From the IMG/VR virus record IMGVR_UViG_3300010224_000001, positions 64,001 through 128,000 of that record: DNA of 64,000 bases; one strand, written 5' to 3'. The position numbers were made by a program, and so were the translations under genes. The DNA is from a virus. Below the pieces are notes generated by a model. It had not been told where the DNA came from. It did not search any database and saw only the letters and a list, made by a program, of their open reading frames with translations. Shown here one piece after another: positions 10,843-21,800 of the stretch; positions within the stretch are counted from its first letter, which is position 1, and the number at the start of each line of letters is the position of its first letter.

Positions 10843-12924
10843 ATGAACCTCAATATTCGTAATGGCGCACCGATGTCGCTTAATCTCGGCATCAAGGATG
10901 ATTCGTCACGGACACCAAATGCCGTGGCTGAAGCGCGCCCGACTCACATGCCGAAAGTTTACGGTTACGCACAGAAAGGTGACCATACTCAAGCTTACCC
11001 GGTGGTCGGCGATTCTCGCACAACCATCTTCGGCGCAGATTCTTTTGACCTGCGCAAAAAGTGGGCTAACCACGCCACTGTTTATTCGAATGCATTTGCT
11101 GCTCAAGGCAATATGCAAATGTTCCAACGCCTTAAACCGACCGATGCTCCGGATCCGGCTTCGCTGCGTCTGTGGATTGATTTGCTGCCGACGCAAGTGC
11201 AAGACTACGAGCGTAATGCGGACGGTTCCTATAAGCGAGATGGTTCGAACGCTCTTATTCCGACCGCTTCGAAGGTTGCCGGTTACCTGGCCAAGTTTGT
11301 TCTGACTGCCGTCGATAAAGACGTGAATGGTGACGACACCTTTGGTGTTGCTACTCAAGTCGCTGGTGACCAGACTGATGGTAACTCGGTTCAATCGACC
11401 CGTTATCCGATCCTGGATCTGCGTACGTCGTCGTTCGGTTCCTGGGGTAACAACCAAGCGATCCGTCTGTGGGCTCCGACCACGCAATCGACTCGTCCGC
11501 TGGACTCGCGTCTGGTAACGGACCAGAAGGTCTATCCGTTCTACATCGCATGTGCTGAACGTGCTGATGAACTGAGCACGGCTAAAGTGAAATCGACGCT
11601 GTCGGGTTCGCAACAGATTCCGTTCACCTTCAAACCTGGTACGATCGATCGCAATACTGATGCGCAGATGTATCTGGGCGACATCTTCCTGAATGCTTAT
11701 CAGGACATTTCGACGCCGGGTCTGTCGCCGCAGTTCGGTCCGTTCGGCGAAATCAACGTTTATGACAGCAACATTGCTGCTGTGCTGGCCCTGGTTTATG
11801 CTGCCGAATTCGCTGTCGCTGATGTCCATAGCGATTTCGATGGTTCGTCGGATGAAGCTTACCGCTTCAACCTGATCTCGGGCATGACCTCGGGTGGCGT
11901 TCCGTATCACACTTACCAAGTTGTGACCGGTTCTAGCAACAGCGTGCGTCTGACCGAAAGCTCGAACCTGTTCGCAGCTGGTGGTGGTGACGGTACGATG
12001 GACAATGCTTCGTTCGCTGCTCTGGTGTCGCTGGAACTGGCTAACTACGCTGATCCGAATCACCCGGTGCAAGAAGAAGCTACCAATCCGGAATCGATCT
12101 TCTATGACTCGGGCTTCCCGGTTCAGACCAAGAAAGATATGGCGCAAATCCTGGCGATTCGTAAAGACGTCGCTGTGGTTGTGTCGACCCATGAAGATGG
12201 TGGCCGTGTCCTGACTGATGATGAAGAACGTTCGCTGGCTACGGCTCTGCTGACGCACTTCCAAGCTTACGCTGAATCGGAATACTTCGGTACTCCGGCT
12301 GCTCGTGCTTGCATCGTCGGTAGCTCGGGTTATATCCTGGGTAGCCAGTGGGTCAAGCGCGCTCCGGCCTCGTTCGAGATCGCCATGAAAGCTGCCGACT
12401 ACATGGGTGCTGCTAACGGTCTGTGGAAAGCTGGCAAGTCGTTTGATTCGGCTCCGCTGTCGCAAATCGATTACATGCGTGACATGGCTCTGCCGTTCCG
12501 TCCGGCAGATGCTCGTAGCAAGGACTGGGATGTTGGTCTGATCTGGCCTGCAGCTTATAGCCGCAGCCGCTTCTACTTCCCGCAGCTGCAAACCATCTAT
12601 CCGGATGACACCTCGGTGCTGAATAACTTCTTCACCATGATGGCTTGCGTGGAACTGCAGAAGATCGGTACTGCTGTCCACAAGGACTTTAGCGGTGTCT
12701 CGAACCTGACTGAAGAGCAACTGATTGAACGTGTCAACGCTAAGATCAATGATGCTGTTAAAGACAAGTTCGATAACCGTTTCACCATCACGCCTGAGAC
12801 TACGTTCACGGCAGATGACAAGCTGCGCGGTTATAGCTGGACGACGACGATCAAGATCGCATCGCCGATGATGGAAACTGTCCAAACGCTGATCATCGAA
12901 ACTCAACGTAAAGAGAGTAAATAA
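10843..12924 (+). CDS. Contractile tail sheath protein (phiKZ gp29-like)
   Basis: 693 aa, N-terminal NGAP..LGIKDDS, YDSGF motif, sheath-like C-terminus. Strong codon bias; directly upstream of the tube gene. Confidence 0.9.
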   Translation: MNLNIRNGAPMSLNLGIKDDSSRTPNAVAEARPTHMPKVYGYAQKGDHTQAYPVVGDSRTTIFGADSFDLRKKWANHATVYSNAFAAQGNMQMFQRLKPTDAPDPASLRLWIDLLPTQVQDYERNADGSYKRDGSNALIPTASKVAGYLAKFVLTAVDKDVNGDDTFGVATQVAGDQTDGNSVQSTRYPILDLRTSSFGSWGNNQAIRLWAPTTQSTRPLDSRLVTDQKVYPFYIACAERADELSTAKVKSTLSGSQQIPFTFKPGTIDRNTDAQMYLGDIFLNAYQDISTPGLSPQFGPFGEINVYDSNIAAVLALVYAAEFAVADVHSDFDGSSDEAYRFNLISGMTSGGVPYHTYQVVTGSSNSVRLTESSNLFAAGGGDGTMDNASFAALVSLELANYADPNHPVQEEATNPESIFYDSGFPVQTKKDMAQILAIRKDVAVVVSTHEDGGRVLTDDEERSLATALLTHFQAYAESEYFGTPAARACIVGSSGYILGSQWVKRAPASFEIAMKAADYMGAANGLWKAGKSFDSAPLSQIDYMRDMALPFRPADARSKDWDVGLIWPAAYSRSRFYFPQLQTIYPDDTSVLNNFFTMMACVELQKIGTAVHKDFSGVSNLTEEQLIERVNAKINDAVKDKFDNRFTITPETTFTADDKLRGYSWTTTIKIASPMMETVQTLIIETQRKESK

Positions 12925-12926
12925 CA

Positions 12927-13799
12927 ATGAGCCGCATTCAAAACGCTATCTTACAAGCTGGCACAGCGCACAGCTTAGGGGTACAGACTCCAATGGTTGA
13001 CCTCGCCTATGGTGGTCAAAACACTGGTTTCTCGCCTGAGTACGCGGAATGGGTCAGTAGTGCTTCCTACATCCGTCGGAACATTATCCCGATCCTGCTG
13101 GAAGCTCCGCGTGGTTTCCAATACCTGCCGAATCCGGACGTCTGGGTTCGTACGCTGCGTAGTCTGATCGAACTGCACCCGCTGCAAATCGATGGTCTGA
13201 ATGCTACCCTGCAAGCAGACTACACCGAGACGCCGTTCGGTGGTGGTGGTCAGATGCAGCACGACCTGTCGAACGTCAAGGAAACGCCCTCGACTCCGAA
13301 CTTCCATTACATCGAGAAGTACGGCCGTGCAATCTCGCGCTTCTGGCGTCAATACCTGCTGTACCTGGGTATGGACATCAATAGCAAAGTGCCGAACATT
13401 GCTACGCTGTCGACGGCTGCTGGCTTGACTGACTTCCTGCCGGATGTGACAACCTTCACCTGCCTGTTCATTGAACCGGATCCCCTGATGAAGAAAGTCA
13501 CCCAGGCATGGCTGGTCACCAACATGTCGCCGCGCAACAGTGGCGATATCATCGGTTCCATGGATAAGACTCAGGATGGTCAAACCACCCAGATCGAAAT
13601 CCAGTTTACTGGTCTTCATCAGTACAACACCGGTGTGGATCAGTTTGCTCAACGCATTCTGGACGGCATGTCGATCATCGGTGCCAACCCGAACCTGCGT
13701 CAAGCTTTCATCCAAGACGTGGCTGCAGACGTCAAGGCTGCTACCAAAGGTTACGCTTCTGGTATCCAGTCGCTGGCCAACAGCCAGGTTGCTGTTTAA
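12927..13799 (+). CDS. Tail tube protein (phiKZ gp30-like)
   Basis: 290 aa directly after sheath; LLEAP, EKYG and LFIEPDP motifs. Confidence 0.85.
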   Translation: MSRIQNAILQAGTAHSLGVQTPMVDLAYGGQNTGFSPEYAEWVSSASYIRRNIIPILLEAPRGFQYLPNPDVWVRTLRSLIELHPLQIDGLNATLQADYTETPFGGGGQMQHDLSNVKETPSTPNFHYIEKYGRAISRFWRQYLLYLGMDINSKVPNIATLSTAAGLTDFLPDVTTFTCLFIEPDPLMKKVTQAWLVTNMSPRNSGDIIGSMDKTQDGQTTQIEIQFTGLHQYNTGVDQFAQRILDGMSIIGANPNLRQAFIQDVAADVKAATKGYASGIQSLANSQVAV

Positions 13800-13816
13800 T
13801 TCTAGTCACTAGAATG

Positions 13817-13857
13817 GTAGAGAGACTCCTACGGGGGTCTCTCTACTCTTTATGACG
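13817..13857 (+). terminator. Hairpin plus TTATGACG after the tail tube gene
   Basis: GTAGAGAGACTCC-TACG-GGGGTCTCTCTAC, then TTATGACG. Confidence 0.7.
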
Positions 13858-14165
13858 TCAGGACGTGTTCTAGAACGCACTAGAACGCATCAGGAGACGT
13901 TTTAATTCATGACTAAAGGAAAGTATCCAACTCAACAATAAAACGGCTATAAATGGTCAAAAGGTCAAAAAAAAATACATCATAAATCCCACCCCACTCC
14001 AACCCGAAGGTCAGAGTAGGGTAGAATCTATTTTCTACATGGACTACGCTTTGATCAACAGATCTGGTGCCGTAGAGTACCAATCACCTTCAGGATGCAT
14101 TGGTGTGCCTGGTAAGCTTTTGCAATGCCCGAATCCCAAAGGTGACAATTTTTTACTGCAGCCGA

Positions 14166-14663
14166 TTAGCTGAACAGTTCTGCTGCTTGCGAAGCCAGGA
14201 AGGTTTTGACTTTCGACAGTTCGCCACGGTTGCCTTCAGCATGGATCTCGAAGCCGCCGCGCGAGACGCCGTAGATCGTTTTGCGTTCTGCCGGATTTTC
14301 GCGATTGCCAGCCGAAACTTCTTTCGAGCGATGGAAGGTCAGCTCGAATGCATCGCGGCCGACCATCGGGATACGCATTTCCGTTTGATCCAGGTCTTTG
14401 TTGCCCTTCAGGACATCCAGACTCAGTTCGCCGTTGGCCAGGTGGGCCGCTGCCACGAAGGTCGTGTTCAGCTTCTGCAGTTCCTTGACTTGATCAGCGG
14501 TGATGCTGGTGTGCTTGGACAGCAGGCTGGCGTAGACTTCCGGAGTAGCCGAGCCGACGCCGGTGGTCTTGTCCATGGTCGCGTTCGATTTGATGTAATT
14601 GGCGACTTCACGAACTTCCGGCTTGATGGTGACGGCTTCTTTGTTTTCGGTGACGATAGTCAT
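14166..14663 (-). CDS. Highly expressed hypothetical protein (start reassigned to MTIVTE)
   Basis: Very GC3-rich codon use; AGGA RBS upstream of ATG at 14663. Confidence 0.7.
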   Translation of the reverse strand: MTIVTENKEAVTIKPEVREVANYIKSNATMDKTTGVGSATPEVYASLLSKHTSITADQVKELQKLNTTFVAAAHLANGELSLDVLKGNKDLDQTEMRIPMVGRDAFELTFHRSKEVSAGNRENPAERKTIYGVSRGGFEIHAEGNRGELSKVKTFLASQAAELFS

Positions 14664-14738
14664 GGTTTTTTCCTTTTTTAGTTGAGATGGAAAATGCTTC
14701 AATGAAGCAGGGGTGAAAAACTTAAGCTACAGCAATAC

Positions 14739-15296
14739 TTAAGTTCGTTTAGAAAACTTGTTATTCGACTTGTATTCGTTGTTGTAACGATTACCTGAGG
14801 AATTGGTTCGAGTGTCTCGCGATTCACGATCGCCAGAATACTTATTGTTCGATGGCGAGTTATACGGCTTACTAGGGTAAGCGTTGTTCGCACTCGCGGC
14901 AGGACGCACTGCAGGATCAGCAGGCGGTACGTAGAGTGCACGCTTCAACACCATGTTGGTAACTCGGCGTGCTTGAATCTCTTCTTTACCGGCAGCTAGA
15001 GCTGCTTTAACTTTGGGCAGACCAGACAACACGTAATAACGATTCTCGTACATCGTTACCGCAACATCTTCATTATCGAAGAGTTCGCGATTCGGTTGCG
15101 TTGTCGGCACAAACATTTTGTCTGTGTCGTCAGTGACAATATCCTTGAGCGGAATCTTGAACTGGGTGGAATTGTAGATCGCTGCAAAGATCGGAAGTGC
15201 TTCGTAGGAGCGACCATTGAAGATCACTCGATTCTTACGAGCCGTTTCGATAAACTTCAGTTTCGGATCTTGCGTTGCTGTGTTAACGGTAGTCAT
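14739..15296 (-). CDS. Hypothetical protein, possibly a degenerate ParB/Srx-like fold with a basic disordered tail
   Basis: VAVTMYENRYYVLSG resembles the ParB strand motif but lacks DGxxR; N/S/R/K-rich C-terminus. Confidence 0.5.
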   Translation of the reverse strand: MTTVNTATQDPKLKFIETARKNRVIFNGRSYEALPIFAAIYNSTQFKIPLKDIVTDDTDKMFVPTTQPNRELFDNEDVAVTMYENRYYVLSGLPKVKAALAAGKEEIQARRVTNMVLKRALYVPPADPAVRPAASANNAYPSKPYNSPSNNKYSGDRESRDTRTNSSGNRYNNEYKSNNKFSKRT

Positions 15297-15420
15297 TGGT
15301 CTTAAAAACGTTAAGGGGCGTAATAGCTAGTTTCTATAGAAAAGGGTAGCGGAGTTAATTTTCTACTACGACGTTACCTATGGTAAACATTTTGCATGAC
15401 TTTTGCATGCATTACAGTTT

Positions 15421-15441
15421 AGTGATATAGGTCTAAATTTT
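15421..15441 (-). promoter_or_regulatory. Candidate phage RNAP promoter AAATTTAGACCTATATCACT
   Basis: Resembles the phiKZ early consensus TATATTAC. Lies just past a terminator and upstream of the gene starting at 15296. Similar motif at 36778-36795. Confidence 0.45.
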
Positions 15442-15448
15442 TTTAGAA

Positions 15449-15481
15449 CGGCATAAAACCAGACCCCTTGCGGAGTCTGGT
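15449..15481 (-). terminator. Hairpin plus TTATGCCG after the protease gene
   Basis: CGGCATAA followed by ACCAGAC...GTCTGGT. Confidence 0.65.
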
Positions 15482-15496
15482 CAACAGTTTACTAGA

Positions 15497-16309
15497 TTAT
15501 TTCCAGTCCATGTAAACTGGTTTGTTGCGAGCAGCCGTAGTTGGCGTTGCCCAGTTCAGTGCTTGGAATAACGAGTCAGGGGTAATGATCGCAGATTCCA
15601 TCGAGATGCCAGCCGGACGTTCTTTGTAAAGAGCATCTTCCAGCAACGAGCGTGAGAAGTTGTAGTTGGTATTGTCTTCCAGAGCAGGCGAAAAGTATTT
15701 CTCTGCTGTAGCAATACCAGGTTCATTCACGTAGTCAAAGGTGACCACTTCACGCAGCACACGCACCTCAGTGCCACGAATGTAGCTGTTGTTGGTGAAG
15801 GCGCGGATTGAGAAGCAAACGTTCTCATGAGGATTTTGCAGCTGCTTTTCCAACACATGACCTAACGGACCATTGGGAGCCACTTCCGACATGATTGAGA
15901 TCACAGGTTTACCCTGCTTATCTTTCACGGCGTCAAAGTCAAGCCACAATTTCATGTGATGGCAGCAAACGTTGAGTTCATCAATCGTCATACAACGACG
16001 GGCAAACTCTTCGTCGCGAATGCGTTGCATCTGCGGATTCATTTCTCGTGCAGGTGGTTTGGGATGACCATACTCACCACGCAGAGCAGCCCGCTTAATA
16101 CGACGCATTAAAGCACTAGATTCTTCAAACAGATGCTTAGCCTGTTCGTAGTCGTAGAATTGATTGGACGAGTTAAAGACATTCAATGCACCCACCACCA
16201 TTGGGTAGTAGCCATTTTCATTCTTCTTCAGGTTACCAACCTTATTAACGCCAACTAACGAAGTACAGGCGAACATCACGTTATTCGGTATAGCCATACC
16301 TGGAAACAT
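15497..16309 (-). CDS. Prohead (head maturation) serine protease, phiKZ gp175-like
   Basis: GEYGHP (His), FSIR (Ser) and TFDYVNEPG (Asp) motifs; C-terminal ALE and SME candidate autocleavage sites. Confidence 0.9.
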   Translation of the reverse strand: MFPGMAIPNNVMFACTSLVGVNKVGNLKKNENGYYPMVVGALNVFNSSNQFYDYEQAKHLFEESSALMRRIKRAALRGEYGHPKPPAREMNPQMQRIRDEEFARRCMTIDELNVCCHHMKLWLDFDAVKDKQGKPVISIMSEVAPNGPLGHVLEKQLQNPHENVCFSIRAFTNNSYIRGTEVRVLREVVTFDYVNEPGIATAEKYFSPALEDNTNYNFSRSLLEDALYKERPAGISMESAIITPDSLFQALNWATPTTAARNKPVYMDWK

Positions 16310-16336
16310 GTTCTTACCTTTCTTCTCTAAGCGCAG

Positions 16337-17059
16337 TTAGCGCCTTAGTAACTCTTCAATACGTTCGACGCGATCAGTCGGATTAACCAGAGCGCTAACC
16401 AAACCATCACGAGCATACGAACCAGCGAGCTTATTGAGCGTATTGGTGGCTGAATAACTCACACTACGAAGTGCAATAAACGCAGGCGGTGTCTTCATTG
16501 CTTCGGCGGTCTTAGCAAATTGACGATAGTATTCATGGCGGTTATTTGGATTACGCGCAATAATCGAAACCAGAAGTTCAGTGACTTCTTGATTCTGACC
16601 AATGTTCGCGCCAGCGTGATAACGAGCCGTGTCGAAAATCATCGCCAGTTCATCGTAACCCAAATACCAAGGCACGCGACCTTTTGCAAAGATCTCGTTA
16701 TAGATCAAGTACACGATCGTATCGGTTTTCACCAGGTCAACTGAAGGGAATACAGTCGAACCTGGATCGAACACGAATTCGTAATACTCATCCCCGTCAA
16801 TCATCGTTCGTAAGGTTGAAGTAGGATCAATCCTTGCCATCGCATTGACTAATGAGACAGCGTAGTATTGATCCTCAACCACCATCGCATAAATACCGAT
16901 GATGTAAGTTTCGATACCAATCGAAGCCAATTCACGTTCTTCAAATCGAACAGGGATGTAGATCTTGCAGCCAGTCGTTGTCACCAACCTACCGTCATCC
17001 AGTTGTCTAAGCGCATCATGAACACGCTTAGGATCGCGAATGAGGTTACGTGGATTCAT
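16337..17059 (-). CDS. Virion RNA polymerase beta-prime C-terminal fragment (phiKZ gp176 / SPN3US gp244-like); start at MNPRNL
   Basis: Position between gp177 and the protease. C-terminal SVSYSATNTLNKLAGSY resembles the beta-prime C-terminal region. Confidence 0.65.
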   Translation of the reverse strand: MNPRNLIRDPKRVHDALRQLDDGRLVTTTGCKIYIPVRFEERELASIGIETYIIGIYAMVVEDQYYAVSLVNAMARIDPTSTLRTMIDGDEYYEFVFDPGSTVFPSVDLVKTDTIVYLIYNEIFAKGRVPWYLGYDELAMIFDTARYHAGANIGQNQEVTELLVSIIARNPNNRHEYYRQFAKTAEAMKTPPAFIALRSVSYSATNTLNKLAGSYARDGLVSALVNPTDRVERIEELLRR

Positions 17060-17061
17060 AC

Positions 17062-18531
17062 TTAAGCAGCCACCGGCATGAATTGCGACGAAACCCAATC
17101 ACAGATGTAATCCATCATAGCGATCGTACCAGCTTCACGCGGGGTGAGCTTCGGTTGCGAACGCGCGATCTCTTCCATACGCAGCAGGAACGGTTCTGCC
17201 GGATAGTTGTCGTAACGTGTACGGCATACCAGTTTCAGGCAGGTTGTGTACAGGTCTTGCGAATCTTGAATCGACAGGCATTCCAGATTGTCTTTGAATG
17301 CTTTCATCAGTTCAAAGATTTCACGTGCATCGAGTTTAATGCCGTCTTCGTTTTCTTCACGATTGAGCATGTCCTCGTAGCACAGAACCAGTTGTTCACG
17401 CAGGAAGTTAAAACGTTGGACACTTTCAGTCGACGTCAGTAACGCCATCTTCTGGTTCCACACTTCACGGAACTCTTCACGCTTACCATCGATCGTAGCA
17501 GCGTTAAAGGTCGGACGACCCGACATCACCATACCGAACAGGATTTCGTTGTCGCCACCGTTTGCCAGCCAGGTGTTGTATACCGGAGTATTCACAACAA
17601 TGCGATTCCCGTCGATCGACGTCACCAGAACGCCATTTGCCACCGAAGCGCTATTGCGTTCAATCTGACGGTTCAGGAGACGACCTGCTTGTTCGACATA
17701 GATTTGCAGCGTCTTTTGATACGACTGCAGGCTCATCTCAGTGCCTTCCAGAACCACATCGTTTTCTAACAGATGACGAGAGATCAGGAACACGACCAGA
17801 CGAGTGATTTCGTTAGCGTCGATCAGCGTGCTAAACGGTTGCTGTTTCACCACAGCCAGTTGCACGCCTTCGGCTTGTTCCGGCAGAGCAGTTTGAGCAC
17901 TGAAGAAATCGTTCCAGATACCTTCAAGTTCATAACCCGGCACCGAAGCAGCCCAGCTCGCAACATCTTCATCCAGCGAAGCAATACCAGTTTCCAGCAG
18001 CGGCAGGATCTCATCTGCTTTCAGACGCGGCAGAGCAGTATTGATCATCGGCTCATCCGGCGGTTGCAGTTCGTATTTCTCGATCAGCTTAACCAGAGCC
18101 GGGTTGTACAGAGCAGCCGAGCTTTCATTGGTGGTGATTTCCAGCGATGTCAGTTGCGATACCGGAGCAGCGCTCAGACGACCAGTAACGGCGTCGACCA
18201 GTTCACCCACTTGAGGAGCGACTCGAGTACGAATAATAGCAATGACACGACGCACTGCATCGGCGCCAGTAACGGCGATGTCATCCATCGTGAAATCATG
18301 AGTAGACTTACCAAACACAGGAACCACTGCGTTAGCCTGTGCTGCAACGCCGCCGTAATCAAGGAAGTATTCTCCAGTTTCACTATTTTTGACAACGGTA
18401 TCCGTAGTCAGGTTGCAAGCCTTGACCAGATGATCAAGCGGTGTACCAGCCACTGCAACTAATGCAATGCCGTTAGCGTCCAGCTGATCAGCCAGTGGCT
18501 GTGCCACCTGCAGCATGTAAGATTCAAGCAT
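17062..18531 (-). CDS. Virion head protein (phiKZ gp177 / SPN3US gp243-like)
   Basis: 489 aa, helical, biased codons; synteny. Confidence 0.6.
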   Translation of the reverse strand: MLESYMLQVAQPLADQLDANGIALVAVAGTPLDHLVKACNLTTDTVVKNSETGEYFLDYGGVAAQANAVVPVFGKSTHDFTMDDIAVTGADAVRRVIAIIRTRVAPQVGELVDAVTGRLSAAPVSQLTSLEITTNESSAALYNPALVKLIEKYELQPPDEPMINTALPRLKADEILPLLETGIASLDEDVASWAASVPGYELEGIWNDFFSAQTALPEQAEGVQLAVVKQQPFSTLIDANEITRLVVFLISRHLLENDVVLEGTEMSLQSYQKTLQIYVEQAGRLLNRQIERNSASVANGVLVTSIDGNRIVVNTPVYNTWLANGGDNEILFGMVMSGRPTFNAATIDGKREEFREVWNQKMALLTSTESVQRFNFLREQLVLCYEDMLNREENEDGIKLDAREIFELMKAFKDNLECLSIQDSQDLYTTCLKLVCRTRYDNYPAEPFLLRMEEIARSQPKLTPREAGTIAMMDYICDWVSSQFMPVAA

Positions 18532-18727
18532 TGGCTTTCCCCCGGTAGGTTTGTAAGTTCATTTGAAAGCGCGCCATTGCCAGGTTTGTAATAGCGCCTT
18601 TATTTAAGGGTGTTCCTTCGACCGTATCGGCTACGTCGCCGCCGAGTACCTTCTCGGCAATCTGCGCAACCAGTTCTGCGCCATTGGCGAGCGTCACAAT
18701 CGTCTGCGCTGTGTTCTGAAATTTCAT
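18524..18727 (-). CDS. Small conserved protein
   Basis: 67 aa, AAGGA RBS, overlaps the next start by 8 nt. Confidence 0.6.
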   Translation of the reverse strand: MKFQNTAQTIVTLANGAELVAQIAEKVLGGDVADTVEGTPLNKGAITNLAMARFQMNLQTYRGKANA

Positions 18728-18766
18728 ACTGTTCCTTGATTACAAAAAAGAATAGAATCAAATCAA

Positions 18767-18797
18767 GACTGGGTATCCCAAACGGAATACCCAGCTT
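18767..18797 (-). terminator. Hairpin after the vRNAP beta gene
   Basis: CTGGGTAT...ATACCCAG stem. Confidence 0.5.
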
Positions 18798-18800
18798 AAA

Positions 18801-21800
18801 TCACGACTTGTAAGCTTCGTACGCTTTCTTACCGATCACACGTAACAACACATTGGTAGTGCCGATCATGATAGGGCTGTGCACCACACGGTCATCAATA
18901 GATTTCTGACCGAAGATAGCATCAATTGCTTCCCCTGATTCGGTGCGATAGTCGCCTACGAATTTCTTACCAAAGACAGTCTTCATCTGATTGGCAAATA
19001 CGCCTTTGTCACCTTCACCTGCGGAGAGATGACTCGTGATATATACACGAATAGCCAGCGTATCTAAAGGTAACGGATCACCGTCAATCCTGAAGCCTTC
19101 ATCAACAGAACCTGTCAATGGAGTTTTACCAATGGATTTCAAACGATCAGCCAATTGCTTATCACCAGCATTCGCAATCGATCGTAAGGAATCCGACATG
19201 TCTTCTTTATCGCCATGGTAGTAGACCTCAACGCGCTCTACAACACCTTTGACTTTGGCCTGCGGCGACTGGTTTTCCACAATCCGCAGCGTCTCTAAAG
19301 ATTCATCATCAAAGAGACCAGCGTTATTGGTAACCGAGTCCTCAATAATGCATAAAATATCCTCGCTATTGACATTGTCGCCAGCCTTGACAAGCCGTCT
19401 GACACTTTGTGTGAAGTTCACCACAATGTCAACCGTCTTAGTAATCGCACTGGTTAACTTATCTGCTAAGCGTTGCGAAATAGCAGAGGAGTCTTCCAAG
19501 GTCTCACTGACTTCCATCAGCACCACCTTCGCTAACGTACCCGCTTTCCATATCACGTTGTTCGGATTGAGAATATCCTTCTCAAAGAAGTTATCGTTGT
19601 AAGTCAGAATGTGACCACGTTTAAACTCTTGTCCCAATTTAACGTTAGCAACTACAGAATGCGGAATCACTAAGCCAGCAGCGTTACCAAAGCGACGACC
19701 AATCTCGAAGCCCTGCTTCTTACCACTAGCGTATTGCACCATCACACCAGTAGCCGTCACAGAAATGACCTTACCATCTTCTTTAGCAGCGGCAGCATAC
19801 ATGTCGCTTGTACGCTGAGCAATCACCTGTTCATAACCAGTACGTACTGGCATCTGATGGTAACCGGTGCAAGAGACACCGTGCGCTTGTTGAATACCGA
19901 TAAAGTTAACTCGCTTCGGATCGTCATGATCTGCACCAACTGAGATCAAAGCAGAAGTTGACAGCAATGGTGTAGCACCCATTTGGTCAAAGTCGAAACG
20001 ACGTGACAAGCCACGCAAGGATGTGAACTGCGGATCAGCACTGGTATAGGTGTTAATAGCCACGTCACCAGAGTCAACCGTATCGCCCGAGATGGTGCCC
20101 ATATCGTTGACATGGTATTCACGGGTATGCTTCGTCATGGTGCGGCTATTACGACCACCAGTACCGTTATACGTCACGGCTTCTTTCTCACGCAGGTTCT
20201 GGATCGGATTGATATCAGCCACCAAAGCTTGCGACGGGTCAGTCTGAATCGAGGTCCAGATGTTGTACGGGTGCATATCCAGTTGAGCACGATGCTTACC
20301 AGGAGTGCCGTTGTGTTTACGGATGCAACTTACAATCTCCGAATACACAGCACCTGCCATCCGCTCGTAACCTTTAATACGCATCCACGCTGCGTCAAAC
20401 TCAGCAGGGTGATCATCGTGCAGAAGCATTTCGCCAGCGCGCAGTAACAGTAAGCGCATGTCAGTCGGTTCATGCATCTCAACTAACAAGTCGTGAGTAA
20501 TCGGATCAATGAACATCTGATAGAACAGATCGATTTCACGTAACCAACGCGCACCTAAGCCAACACTCTCCAGTACGTTCAAATACACTTCACGCTGATT
20601 AAACAGGTGAACGTTATACCGTTTGATAGAGCGGTGATACTCATTGAAGCCAGCTAAGAACATGCATGAGAGTTTATCATTGCGATTAATCACAATGGTC
20701 TCATCGTTAAACACGATAGATTCTTCATGCGGTTCTAAGTTGAGTCGACGACCAGCTGGAACACGACGCACTTGTGCTTTTAACAGATTGATTAGGTTAT
20801 CCAAACCAATTTCGTAAGCTAACACCACACCTAACGGAATGTTGTCACCCGCAATCTTGATCACAGCGAAATCAACCGGAGCCCGCGAACGATCTAAACC
20901 TAACAGCGTTTCGATTGGCGGTAACGGACGACGCAGACCTTGATGTGCTATTTCAAGTTGATCATGTTTGTTGATAAGGATGTAGTAGTCTTTATCGATC
21001 CCACCTACACCTGCCACAATCGAACCATCCACTTCATACATCGTCAGCGCTTCTTTACCAAACAACTCTTCACGCTTGGTATGGTCAAACGACATATCGA
21101 ACATCAGGTGTTCTAAGTCTTGCGGCATTCCCATCGGGTGGAACAAGAACGAACGGAAGCTAGAAGCCAGGATGCTATACAGACGCGGTGACTTAAACAG
21201 ATGGTCCATCACATTGTTCGGATGACCAATCGAGACTACGCGATCTAACTCGTTTAAGTTCTTCGCCATGATGGCGTTTGTTAACCAAGCACCGTAATCA
21301 TTGACTTTCTTTTCACTGCGACGAATAAACGTTTTACCATAGTAACTCGTCATTGCCACCGTGTTCGGAGCAGTCTTACGGATCGGAACATCACCACGTT
21401 GTTTACGCAGACGATACTTAACACCGTTGGCCATGTAAGTACCGTCAGCTTCGACTACTGGCAACTTAAAGCGTAAAGTCGAACTAGCACCTTCCACCGG
21501 AGTAACACGTACCGTATACATGTTGTACGGACCAAGGATCGATTCCACCTTTTCGGTCTCGTAACTTGTCACAGCAATACCAGCATTCTGAATCGACATT
21601 ACGGAAGATGCGATATCGCGTTGCATCACTTCTTCGATATAACGCTCGTCAAATTCCAGTAAGCTCGACTTGAGCATGGTCTTATCAGGCACGGTCTTAA
21701 TGTCAGGTAACGACTTGGATTCCTTAATCTTCAGAATCTCTGGAGCAATCGTAATGAATTGTTCCATTGTCGACACACCGTCCGGCGCTTTCATCGTCTT

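Noticed and set aside
10906-12927. 673-aa antisense ORF over the sheath gene, and similar ones at 12975-13715, 14100-14681, 17773-18462 and 43124-43765
   Set aside because: Shadow ORFs in register with strongly codon-biased genes that avoid TTA/CTA/TCA; no protein motifs.
13866-13890. Direct repeat CTAGAACGCA twice
   Set aside because: Only two short copies, not seen elsewhere; may be chance.
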